From Azolla caroliniana (taxonomy: Eukaryota; Plantae; Polypodiophyta), in contig JBHGNT010000048.1 in the NCBI GenBank assembly GCA_043228905.1, positions 122,671 to 186,670 of the forward strand: a stretch of 64,000 bases of DNA, read 5' to 3'. Numbering within the stretch: position 1 is the first letter of the stretch; each line of letters opens with the position of its first letter. A program made the position numbers and the translations under genes. The notes under the pieces are model-generated. The model ran no database searches, was not told where the DNA came from, and saw only the letters and a list, made by a program, of their open reading frames with translations. Below are positions 26,201 to 38,461 of the stretch, piece by piece.

Positions 26201-29088
26201 GTTCTTCATCTTCTTCTTGGACCTCCTCGAGCTCACTAGCCTCATCTTCCGGAATCAGGTCTTCGTTTGGAGTTGGAGTCGGTAGGGAGTACCATGATGC
26301 CGTCTCATCAAACTTGACATCTCGGCTTACTCGGACCTGCTTAGTCCGGGGGTTATAACACGTATACCCCTTTTGCTCATGCGAGTAGTTGACTAGGATG
26401 CACTTCTTGGACTTTGGATCCAGCTTCCTCCGCTTCTCATCCGGTACATGCACATATGTTATGTTACCGAATATCCGAAGGTGTCTCAAATTCGACTTCT
26501 GCCCGAAATACAATTCATGTGCTGACACCTTGTCTCTGATTCGGTTTTGGATGTAAATGGTTGTCCGGACTGCCTCAACCTAGTAGAATTGAGGCATGTT
26601 GTTCTCCTCTAGCATTGACCTTGCCACGTCGACAATCGACCGATTCTTCCTTTCGGCCACACCGTTTTGCTCCGGTGTGTATCTTAAGATGAATTCTCTC
26701 CGAATTCCGTTCTGCTCCAGATAACTGTTGAATTGGCCGGAAAAGTATTCTTTGCCGCCATTCGACCGCAAGCACTTGACTTTCCTCGCCGTTTCCTGTT
26801 CAACCAAGCTTTGCAAGTTCCGGAAACATTTGAAGACGTCGCTCTTCCGTTTGATGAGGTAGATCCACGTGTGTTGGTTGTAGTCGTCGATGAAGGAGAC
26901 AAAGTATCGACGGGCGCCAAAACTAACATTTTGTGCCGGTTCCCATACATCTGAATGTATTAGATCGAGCTTGTTACGGCTCCGGTTTCGTTCGATGGGG
27001 AATGGAAGCCCGTGTTGCTTCCCGATTTGGCAGGCTTCACAAATTTTGGCCTTCCGGCCGCTAAATTTCGGCAAACCCGAAAACGACTTGTTTCGATTGC
27101 AGGTCTTGAAGGCTCAGATAATTGACGTGGCTGATCTGCTTGTGCCAAAGATCTATGTCTGATTCAATCTTTTGTCGTTTGGCAAACAAGGCGGTGCCAA
27201 TGTCATTTGTGTTGAGGATGAACATCCTCCCTTCCCTCCGCCCTTACACAATTATCCGGCTTTCTTCCTCGATGAAGCACCTGAGGTGCATAAACCACAC
27301 CTGCATCCCCTGGTCGACGATTTGTCCCACCGACACCATGTTCTTTGTGATAGTCGGAACGTGTAGTACATTCATCAGCTTCCCCTTTTGTCCGACATGG
27401 CTTAAAGGAACTTCTCCGACATGCACAATTGGGTGAGGGGTGTCGTCTCCGGTTTCGACAATCCACAGTTGTTCCAGTTTTTCCAAAAAAGAGAACGACT
27501 CTTCATGGCTTGTCATGTGGTTGGACGCTCTGGAATCAACATACCATACTTCCTCTGATTTTGAAGTAGTCTTCTTCACCGAGTTAGCCTTGTGCTTCAT
27601 CACGAAGGTTGGCGCTTTTCCGGTTTTCCCGATTCTGAATCCCTCTGATCCTCTTGCATAGTGTGAGCTTTGCCGGTTTTCCCGATCGGTTTTGCCATAT
27701 CCGGATTTGTCCGAATCGGCGCACTTCTTCCAGCACTCGCTTTCCCAGTGGCCCTTCTTGCCAAAGTACCCGCATTCCGTGTTGCCTTTTTCTTGCCGGC
27801 TTCTGGCGCTGCTTTCACTCCCCCTACTTGTGGAGGGTCCGGAACTACTATTGGCACTACCTCTATGCCTCCGGTCCTGCTCTTGTCGGGCGCCTCCATT
27901 GCGTGCCGACCCACCTCGTCCACCATGTCCATGGGCCGATCTGTCTCCATGTACAGCATCCGGCCATCTGATTGAGTGGTCCTCGACCCACTCGCGTGGT
28001 TTTCTTCGATTATCAGCATCGATTGCAAATCGAAGAAAGTCGGTAGCTTCTCCCGGGTGCAAATCGTTATCCGGATTGGCTCGTACCTTTGTGCTAGACT
28101 ACCAAGGCAGATTTGTACCATCTCATCTTCATCCACCGTCACGTTGATGGACCTGAGTACGTCACAAATCTCCTTTGTCTTGGTGGTGTAGTCCATAACC
28201 GACATGTCTCTTTGACGGATGTTGTTCAGTTCCTGGTGGAGTTGCACCTTACGGGTTGTGGTACTCGCGGCGAAAAACTTCCTCAGATTTCCCCAGGCCT
28301 CCTTCGGTGTTTTTGCATCCTTTATGTGGCCGAGCATCTGGTGGTGCACACAGACGCGAGGCAGTACAATACTCAGCTCGCTCCTTTCTCCCATATCAGG
28401 AAGTCCTCGTGTGCTAGCTCCGGCACTACCTTGTTTGTTCCTTCCACGAAGCTCCAATATCCATGCCCCAGCAGGTATTGGTGCATCTTGTATGACCAGG
28501 ACACGTAGTTGCTCCGGTCGAGCTTCTCTGTTGGAAGTGAACTCACCACTCCTCTATCCATATCTTCTCTTTGTTTGTTGTTACCGGGTTCTAGGGTTCG
28601 TCTACGAAAACAAGTGTCGGTTGCAGAGGTTCTCAACCCTAGCGCTCTGATACCATGTGAATGTTAACGTGAGGAAGCGTTAGACAGAACCGGCTCAGCC
28701 GAATAGCAACAGAGAATAAGATAAAGGTTTAATGGAGAAGCTTAATACACAGAGAGTATACGCGAGAGAGACACAGAGAGAGAGAGAGAGAGAGAGCAGA
28801 ACGTGAACGTAGATTCAAAATAATAACAAAACACTCTGTAACTTTGTACATCCAACGTGCTAAACAACACTATTTATACAAGTCCTCAAAAGGATTGACA
28901 GAAGTACTATGTACTTCAATATTCCTACGAGCGATTGACACTAACTACGAGATAATGATTACCTAGTAGTCTAGGCTACTACTAGGCTTCCAGTTCACAC
29001 TTGAATCCAGCTCTCCGATCCATCTCCCTACTCCGGCCGGTTGTTTCCGGATACCGATCCGGATCCGGTTGAGCTTGCTCGCTCAACA
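23229..29088 (-). mobile_element. Full-length, decayed Ty1/copia LTR retrotransposon
   Basis: LTRs 23229-23709 and 28656-29088, TSD ACCTT, PBS (tRNA-iMet) 28644-28655, PPT 23710-23721. Domain order gag-PR-INT-RT-RH. Confidence 0.96.
24175..28561 (-). pseudogene. Copia gag-pol polyprotein with frameshifts and stops
   Basis: Gag LPTEKLDRSNY, Zn-knuckle CGYFGKKGHWESEC, protease WYVDSRASNHM, integrase HSDVW...FIDDY...PEQNGVAERKNR, RT QMDVKNAFL and YVDD, RNase H QVADIFTK. Split over many ORFs. Confidence 0.93.
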
Positions 29089-30932
29089 ACCTTCATATTT
29101 GTCTAATTTCTCGCAAGTATTAAACCTCCTTGGTGCACCCATATAAAAACTTGTATGAACACATGCATCCATAATGTCCAAATTATTGTGTAAAATCTCG
29201 TGATAGAATTGTCATGTTGTACCTATTAGATAGAGAGCACTTACAAAATTACTTGACTTAGGTGTTAGCAACATTCCATAGATACAAACATAGTTGTGTA
29301 TTGATATCAAATAATGACGTAGAAGCAAGTTGTTGTCCATAGGCCAGAAATATAAATACATCATATGTAAACTCCCTGGTAGCTAGAAAAGTAGGTGAGG
29401 AAATAGGTAGAACTAAGTCGAGTTTTTTTTGCCCTGACAATCAGCCGATGGCTTGGCTCTGTCTAAGGAAGAAAACTATATAAACCGAGATCTGCATACC
29501 TCGAAAAGGGAGAATACCTAGATTATTTAGCATGATTAACATCATAGCACTGAGCTCTACACAAACTGTTTCTGGCCGAGAGCCGTGTACGGTAATCATT
29601 GTGAGCTTCTCATTTAATATAAATCTCGCTCTTACTATTCCTTCATCTGTGTATTTTTCCCGGTACTCGCACCCGAGCTACGTTCCTCGTTCTCATATCG
29701 TCTTCTCAGTGTAGAAGAGGCTTCCACGTAACACAACCCTTGATACTGATAGCCTGTGGGCTCATCAAAGGTGCTTTCCCCAAAAACGGTTAACACAAGT
29801 ATCGAGAATTTCCTTTGCCTTGAGAACAAAAACTTTATGTGAACAAGTTGTTGGGGTTATTTAAAAACTTCATCTTTGCAAAGCAACTCCTAGAGAAAAT
29901 CCACCCAACATCACCCTCCAAATAAATAACTTTGCTTTGAAAGGAAGACGAAATTGTTATTCCCCATTGTTTACTAACTTGTTCTAACATCCCCGCATAC
30001 CTCTAAATTCGTTAATGATATACATCATTTGTTTTACTTTGGCAAGTCTTTTATGACCTACAAATGTCCAATCTATCTTAGGTATACCCAATCAAATTTG
30101 GAATTGGATATTGCAAAGCTGGCATTTCTTGCAGTTGAGACATTATAGCTTGACTTATAAGAACACAAAACCTTGTCCTAGTTGTTTGAAAAGCAAATTA
30201 TTTTTCTTTGCTTCCCAACATGGCATTCTATACATTAACCAAGCCCAAACATGCCATATGATTAAACTGGGGTAGAAGGGAGTGTTTATCCTCCTTTCTT
30301 TCTGGTCTCTTGTCTCTTGTCTCTTGTTCTTTCTTTTTCTTCACTCTAATTTTCTCAGTTTTAATGTTGTAGCACAATTTGTCATTTCTCTACGCTTGTG
30401 TAATTGGCATGGGTTGAGAGTGTCTGGAAAGAAGGGCCACATGTCACCAAGCACACGTTCCACTACATCATTGCTACATCACCAAAATACAAATATATCA
30501 AGATTGTCAAGTTCTAAGAACTTCAACAAAAGCTTTTATAGCAACTCGTGTACATGAAATGTAGGATTTCCACACATAATACTTTTATCCAAAGAAATTC
30601 ACTTCTTGTGTAGTTTATGAAGAATAGAAAAGCACTATCACTAGATGGCTGCAAGTCATAACAAATGAAATTGATAAATTTAAGCAATGAAAACATTAGA
30701 ATACAATGTGGTCAAGGGCCTATACTATCACATTACTTGTATCATTCATAAATGATTTGTTATGAAAATAACATAGCTCCATGCTCTACAAATATTTTAT
30801 TGGCCTACTACCCTATGTGTAATTGTTGAACACTTTCATACGTAATTTTTTCTTTGTATACTTCATAATTCCCATTAGTAAGGAGTTTGTTAAGATATTT
30901 GAAAATTTTATAGAGTTGTTCTAACTAAAATA

Positions 30933-32190
30933 TTCAATGATGACTACAAAATATTACATTCAATGGCAAAATAATGCATTCATGGTGTGGTACAACCTAT
31001 CATGTTGAACAATCTACAAGGAAAGTATACGTCATATTCAAATATTGGTACGCAACTACATTTGGTATGGTAAGGAAGATCATGCAGCTTGGGCCAAGGT
31101 AGTTCAATGATCACTGCAAAATATTAAATTGAATGGCAAAACAATGCATTCATGGCATGGTACAACCTATCATGTTGGACAATCTACAAGGAAAGTATAC
31201 ATCAAATTCAAAGACTGGTACACAACTACATTTGGTCTAGTAAGGAAGATCATGCAGCTTGGGCCAAGGTAGCATGGCCTATGCTCACATCACCCAAGTT
31301 GAGAGGAGGATTGGGTCTAATTGATCCCCTCTCACAATCCAAAGTATTACTCACCAAATTTGTGGTATGAGAACTCCAACCAAGGGATGACTACTAAAAA
31401 ATGCTACTACGAACAAGCTTTGCTTACTTTACACCACGGAAAGGGGCCAATTGGGCCCCTCGGTTGAGATGGATTCTAAACATAGATCTTAAACCAAGTT
31501 ATTCACGCCGATTTGAGGATAGATTCAGTGCATCCATGTGAAAAGCGTGTGACATAAGACGAGGACTCAAGTGTGATAAACCTAACTCTAAAGTTGCTAA
31601 TCAAAGAATGGTCATAAAGAAGTGGATGGGCTATGAGGAGGAGGGCTCCTTGGTCCCAAGAGGTAAGGAAACACCGGACAAGATCCAAGGCCATGAACTA
31701 CGAGACAATGAGGACCAACATCAAACATGGCAATTCGAGTACTCACCTATATAGGTCATGAATAAGTTATAAACCCTGATCCAATCAAAGTACAACCAGA
31801 ATGGCACATATGTATTCCTGAAAACGCATGGCTACGTAAGGTAAGTTGGGACCCTTTGCAATGGACGTGGTGTGATCCTTATGCGGGTCCAAGAAGCAAA
31901 GCCATCCCTTTCTTCCAATTCACGACTAGATTGGGATGCCACATTCCAGCCACTCAAACCACCCGTGAGTTAGCTGTTGCAAATATTTAGCACACATGTC
32001 ATGTTCCCCATGTAATTATTACCAAGTTTTGGCAGAAAATACAGAAACAACACCACGTTAAGCAAATTACCATGTTCCAATCGCTAGTAATACATAGGTC
32101 ACTACCAGTTGGAGTGTGGCAGTGTGGGATCCTTAGCTCTCCTAATTGTATAGCTTGCCCAAATGTAACAAAGTCAATCTAACATGCTTT
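30933..32190 (+). mobile_element. Degenerate L1-clade LINE ORF2 fragment (post-RT region and zinc-binding region) with a 171-bp tandem duplication at its 5' end
   Basis: WAKVAWPMLTSPKLRGGLGL motif, and C-x2-C...HALW near 32150-32195. Confidence 0.7.
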
Positions 32191-32195
32191 GTGGA

Positions 32196-32298
32196 CTGCG
32201 GGGTAGACGAGGTTAAATACTAAGAGAGAGTGAGAGCGTAAGAAAGAGAACAAGAAAGGGATAGAGACTGTTATGGACGAGTAGACGAGGCTCGATAC

Positions 32299-32339
<41 letters not shown>

Positions 32340-32666
32340 ATAGACAAGAGAACAAGAATTGCATTATGCTTCCGTAATTGGCGTTGTTCACCTTGACTAG
32401 GGCCAAGGTGAACCCCTGTACTTATACATGTTTGTGGGCTCTAAATGTAGTTCCATGCAAAGACTCCTTTCCATGCACAACCTTCTAGAATGTTCCAGGA
32501 GCTTTCTAAAAGCTTCTAAAATCTCCTACATGTATAGATCATCTATGGTAATTTACTAAAATAATATGACCATGTATTGGATGTGTTGGTTAAGACATAT
32601 CCTTTGATTACAATACAATAGGTTAAGAGTTCAAGTCATGACATGATTGTTGTCATATCTATGACA
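32196..32666 (-). mobile_element. LTR-like element related in architecture to 33539-33979
   Basis: Ends ATATCTATGACA. Contains a B-box-like GAGTTCAAGTC, an HSE TTCtaGAAtgTTC at 32483-32495 and an (AG)n tract. Left boundary and TSD uncertain. Confidence 0.5.
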
Positions 32667-33538
32667 GAAGTTGCATTACTTTGTAAACATAATGTGTAAA
32701 AGTTAATACTATAAGTACTCGCCATATTGTAATTCGACTATGTCCATGTTTATTATGTCCATGTTTATTGGTTTCAACTTGCTTTACAACATTGTCCAAA
32801 TACAAATGAAAATAGCATTGCCCTTTAAAGAGTTAATAATATCATAAAATTCCATCTAAATAATGTGGGTGCCTTTATACATTATATGATACACTTGTAA
32901 TCAAACAACTATTGCTTATAGTTTCAAGGCATTGCCTACTTTTATTTTTTATTTTTTATGAAGATTCACCTTAGTATTAATGGAAAGATGCCCAAAGGCT
33001 ACAACGAATTCATACAATATATTATAACCCTCATATCCACATCAACCAGCATGTCAAGTATCAAAAGCCCTCATGTAGGGTTGTTCCAAGACAGGGGGCG
33101 GAAAAAGGCATCTTGGTGGAGCGTATCTCCACTTTATTCTCTCTCCAAAAGACAAGATTTGAAACATAACTGTAAAAGTTAATATGCGAAAGCTTATGAC
33201 AAACCGGTTCAACCAGATAGCAACAGAGAGAGTACAGGTTTAATGGAAACCTTACAAGACATAGATAAAGAGTGGGAGAGATAGAGAGAGGAGAATAGCA
33301 AAAACTATATTAAAAAATAATACTCTGTTCATAGAATGTGCTTAGAGAGCACTTTTATACAAGTCCTTATATGGACTGACAAAAGTACTGACAAGTACTT
33401 CAATGCTCATACGAGCGGTTGACACTAACTACGAGGACCATGACTACCTAGTAGTCTAAAAGAGTAGACCTCTAAACGGCACACATGTGGGTCGGCTCCC
33501 CGATCCCGATCTAGCTTTGGCTTATCCAGTCGATCTGG

Positions 33539-33830
33539 TGTCACGATATGGCAAGACTCGAACCCATGACCTTATGTTATATGGGTCGAGCTCTTGACCA
33601 TTATACCATCTATTGTAATACGTTGGATATTATTTTCATTTAAGTTTTATTATAGGAAATTAATGTATATTCCATATTTCTCTGGAACATTCTAGAAGCT
33701 TCAGGATTACTCCTGAGAACACTATAAAAGAAGGCACTATGCATTATTTTGAACCAAATTGGTTCAACGCCAGTCTTAAGCCTCATAGCCTTTTTGTACT
33801 TACTCTTCACATAGTATATCCTCTGTTATC

Positions 33831-33873
<43 letters not shown>

Positions 33874-33979
33874 CTCTCTTTCTCTCTCGGCAGTCTTACG
33901 CAATCTCGTCCTCTTAGTACCAATAGTACTTCCCTTTTCCAGTACTATTTCTCTCTTTGTTTTAGTACTATTCCTGACA
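33539..33979 (+). mobile_element. Nested solo LTR (TGTCA...TGACA, possibly Ty3/gypsy) with tRNA-like cassette, HSE and TATA
   Basis: Terminal inverted TGTCA/TGACA, TSD TCTGG/TCCGG (one mismatch), TATAAAA at 33723-33729, (CT)n tract. Confidence 0.85.
33684..33729 (+). promoter_or_regulatory. Heat-shock element plus TATA box in the LTR
   Basis: gGAAcaTTCtaGAAgcTTCa lies about 20 bp upstream of TATAAAA. Confidence 0.65.
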
Positions 33980-35349
33980 TCCGGATCCGGTTGAGCTTGC
34001 TCGCTCAACAATAACTTAGTCCAATCTCGACCATCATGTACGGAGGAATGGTTGCACCAACCCCTCATATTGAACCCATTATTTACATCAGAAGAGGGGG
34101 TAATGTTAGGGAAGAGAACTAGGTTGAATTGGGCTGACTTTGATAAAGGTGAAGTTGAGTCGATGGTAATTGGCTAACTTTTTCTTCTTCAGCGATGGAA
34201 AACAAAATCCATGTTTGTAGTACAATTTGGGGAGGGAACATTATGTAGAAATGGATAGAATCTTTACGATATCTTCCTTTCAGCCTTCTCAAACGATTAT
34301 ATTTTGGTATGGTATGTTTTCATCCCTACATGTCTTGTTGGGGGTCAGGGTTATAAAAACTCTCATGAATGCCTTTACTTCGATATTTTGCCTTCTGGAC
34401 GACTTCATTCTCTCTTTGTGGAAGACAGAATTGTAACTCAAGGGAATATGTTGCCTATTCGTATATTGTGGAAGAAAGATAAAAAAATGGATGTTGAATC
34501 CACATCCAAATTATATAGGCATTGCCTACTTCTAACTAGTTAAAATCAATAACCGTAACAATATGAATGTGATAGTATAGTGATGCAAAGTTTGATTTGT
34601 AAATTCATGTCTTGAGAAATGGGTTCGATATACAATAATCTATTTAAAAGTCTTCATATTTCTAGTTTGCAATCATTCTCACAAATAGTTTCTCCTAAAA
34701 CCATGGTTTAACATATTGCTCTCCGCAATCCAACGGTTAAAAATAAAAGCATTCTCGTAAGGCAATTCTATTCATTAAGGGGATGGGAAACAATGCACAT
34801 CGACAATATTTAGGATTCTTGAAAGTAAACTAGATCTCCAATATGATCTTGCATTGTGATTGATTTGAAGTAAGGAATTTTTGGTAGATTTTGTTGTCTT
34901 TGTTTCCTTTAATGATTTTAACACAAGACATTAATGCAAGTAATATGATAAAAATTGAAACTATTGTAAGATTACAATGATTTGCATGCTTCAATGCTAA
35001 AGTAAAGTGTTTTGTTTTTTTGAGCAAATATTGAATGAAAATTTGGCAATTTTCTTTTCAAACAAAAGGATTGGCATCTTGTATTTCCTTTTAACATGCA
35101 ATTGTGCCAATAACTTTAGACACTTAGAACTTTGTACCTACAGGTTATCATTGCAAGTTGTACTACTACTATTGGCCCAAGATATGTGCTTCTTCTAGAA
35201 TGTGCTATTTTATCAGTATCCCTTGGTCCAATACGATTCTTAAAGGGCTTCTTTCTGTTACAAGTGACATGGCAAACTTGCTTTTTTATACTATACATCA
35301 TTTCATGATTCTTTCCACATTGGTATCACAATCGTTTGGGTATTGGTTA

Positions 35350-35960
35350 GGCTTTTGTATGCTAACAAATATTGTTGTATAAAAGGAAAGCTCGTAAAAG
35401 TGTTGTCACCAGCGTATCCTTTCTTGGCACTCATAGTAGCTTGCCAAATTTTTAGATTTCCTAATATTGCTTTACATATGTACAAGTCTACATTGTATGG
35501 TTGCAATTAAGCAAACGTGTCATAAAGACATCTATTATTACAATTGGATACTTTACGTTTCACCAACCACCACATGCAAACTATGTCCTTCAAAATATGT
35601 AAGATCATAATACAATATTTCCATTCTACAAGTCAATCAACGTGGTTTTATATTCATTCTAGATCAACTATTAATTGTAAAATCTTCGAGTTGAATAGTT
35701 CTATTGTGAGCACCCAACTTCAACCAAATAATAATTGTCTCTTTTGTCCGTTTTTCTCATATTTACCTTTTGCCACGATGTTCAACCTAAAGTTACCTTT
35801 AAAAACATTGACAATAAACGAAATGTCATTAATGAGCAAATCCTTTCATTATGTTATGATAGAGCATAGTTATCTTATACATCCAAATTCGATTGTTATT
35901 CTTGTCGTTATTGCAAAAGGTTTTGTGTGGAAAAAATATGTATAAAGATGTGTAGGGCTT
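35350..35960 (+). mobile_element. Possible decayed PIF1-like (Helitron) helicase remnant
   Basis: TLTINEMSLMS resembles the Walker B IIDEMSM. A GKS-like trace lies upstream and an FxGK-like trace downstream, in the expected order. Confidence 0.28.
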
Positions 35961-36819
35961 TGAACTAAAATGCCACTTAGAGTAGTTACAACCAAATAGT
36001 TTTGTTGTCTAGAGCTATACATAAATCGGTGGTTGTCAAAGCAATGTGGAAATACCATGTGCAAAAACCAAAGGATCCTAGTGCATTCATCTTTATTTTT
36101 CCTTGAAAGATTTTCTTAATGTATGTATTCATCTTTCACGAGGGTAGCTTATAATATGGGTAAACAAAGATGTGAACTTTAGAAAAAAATAACATGCACC
36201 ATCAAGACCTTGAGAAAGAGGTGCATTACAAAAAAAGAACTAAATGTCGACATTAATGCGATATAAAATAAGTGGTAGCTGACAAAAGAGTCATGGGACA
36301 GGAGAAGTTTGAAAAATACGTGACAAAAATAAAATAATAAACGATCAAGAGACGACGTAAAACATGAAGAGCTTTAGACAAAAGATGAGTTGCTAAACAT
36401 AACCTTTTTCCCTTTCAATGAACATACATTTACAAAGCTCTCGCTTGCAAGTCTAACATCATTCAAGGATAAACAATTGAGAAATTGATGTGGTGTCGAC
36501 AAGACATGAAAGGCACATTAGTTATGTTTGAAAAAAGGCTTTACTTTAATAGTATTCTAATGTGTGTGCCTCAAAGTGCTTTTTAGTACAACATTGTACC
36601 TTGGCACTTGAGAAGACACTTGGTAGCATTGAAATGTTCATGTACATTATTGTACCCTCAAAGATCTAATCTACCGCCCCCTATATTTTGGCAACCATTT
36701 AATCGTCACCACCATTCATGATTTTGGTTGTAGGCTAGCATAGGTTCGGTAGCTTAGATAAACAAGAGGATAGTTCAAAGAATAAATGTCATTTGTCAAT
36801 CTTGAACACAATATAGTTG

Positions 36820-37283
36820 TGTTGAGATATCAAGGTCAACTAAGTTTAGCCATTTCGTTAACCACATAACTTAGTAGTTACATAAATAGAATCTAGTTAA
36901 TGTGTTGACCTTTTAAACCCTTAAATAGGATCTTGTACTTGTACGTAAGTGGGTATACATTCAAGATCCTCCACTACCAAGTATATTTAATATAGGACTT
37001 ACATCCTTGTAAGTTGTACCTATATTCTACTCACACATGTGCACCCTTACCCTTGCACATGAGTTGTATATATTCCTCATTGTGGGTATTTTTGTAAGTT
37101 GATGATGCTTATTAATATAGAGGAACTCTTGTTAATCATTTCCCATTTATCTCATTGTTCATATAAGTGTATCTTCCTCTCTCTCTTCCTCTCACACACA
37201 AATCACATAATTTCCCGTCTGCTTTATCAATACTCACATAATTAGACCCTAATTAACCCAAGTTAATTACCTAATTATTAACA
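36820..37283 (+). mobile_element. Solo LTR
   Basis: TGTTGAGATATC...TTATTAACA with TSD AGTTG. Confidence 0.88.
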
Positions 37284-38011
37284 AGTTGATATCTTGAATT
37301 GTGCATATCCCCTTTGCAAAAATCAAACATTACTCAAGACTTTTGAAGCATGGTCAAACTACAATTTGGTATAGAATTATCATATTGATTGAGCATTGAA
37401 TAGGTATTGGATATGACAATTTGTGTAAGTTTTGTGTGATATAATTAACATTAATCATATATATGATCTAAGTAGTCATTCTCCGAGTTCCAACAAATTT
37501 TCATTTCTCAATTGTGACCAGATATGAGCCACCTTAAAGAATTATCATCAATAGAATAGGCATTGTTAAAATCTCTAAAAAGACATCATGCAAGTTGCAA
37601 CCATGGATATGCCAACAACAAAAACCACATATGTGATTCCTTTGTGGAAGTTGCATACATTGCACAAGCATCCAACTCTCATATAGATCATTATGGACTA
37701 ATATAAATGGCAATTCTTCTCATACCAATCACTGGTGCGTTTGACATCTTCCAAATTCCTCCAAAATAACAAAGCCTATGTTGATTACAGTCTTGCAAGC
37801 AATATTTGGGCGTCAATTTAGCTACACACTCTCCATGGAATAAGGACTCAATGCCCATGTTGTTTGTCCCTACCCCCACCCTTCACTGGAAAACTAATCA
37901 CACCTTTAGTGTATGCATGCTTCTATCCTATATTCATAGGTACGCACTCTCCATGGAATAAGGACTCACCAATGCCCATATTGCTTGTCCCCGCTCTCAC
38001 CCTTTACTCGT

Positions 38012-38461
38012 TGTTGAGATATCAAGCTCAACTAGGTTTAGTTATTTTGTCAAATGTGTAACTTAGCAATTACATACATAGCATCTAGTTAGTGTGTTGA
38101 CTTCACCTCCACTACCAAGTTCATTTAATATAGGACTTACATCCTTGTACCTATATTCTCCTCACAAATGTGCACCCTTGCACATGATATGTATATATAC
38201 CTCATTGTGGGTATTTTTGTAACTTGATGCTTGTTAATATAGAAAAGGTCTTTAAGCTAGACTTGTGTTAATCATCCCCCATTTTTGCCTTATTGTTCAC
38301 AAGTATATTTTCTTCTCTATCTCTCATTCAACTTCCTTACTCTCTCACACATACACACAAATATATATCATATAGTCTTTTGTTGCTTAATCACATACGT
38401 GATTAACTACTCACATAATTAGATACTAATTAACTCTTAGTTAGTTACCTAATTATTAACA
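38012..38461 (+). mobile_element. Solo LTR, same family as 36820-37283
   Basis: TGTTGAGATATC...TTATTAACA with TSD CTCGT. Inserted into the second copy of a ~117-bp tandem duplication starting near 37826. Confidence 0.88.

Larger units (their letters stand above)
33171..34010 (-). mobile_element. Solo LTR related to the 23229-29088 copia, interrupted by a nested LTR
   Basis: TGTAAAAGTTAA...GCTCAACA, TSD ATAAC. Shares GTACTTCAATGCTCATACGAGCG and GGATCCGGTTGAGCTTGC with the copia LTRs. Confidence 0.9.

Noticed and set aside
29380-29733. LTR-like segment with TATA ending in CGTAACA
   Set aside because: No matching 5' terminus or TSD could be found, so it was not called.
36820-38461. A single TRIM or two-LTR element
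   Set aside because: Each LTR has its own TSD, and there is no PBS or PPT between them.
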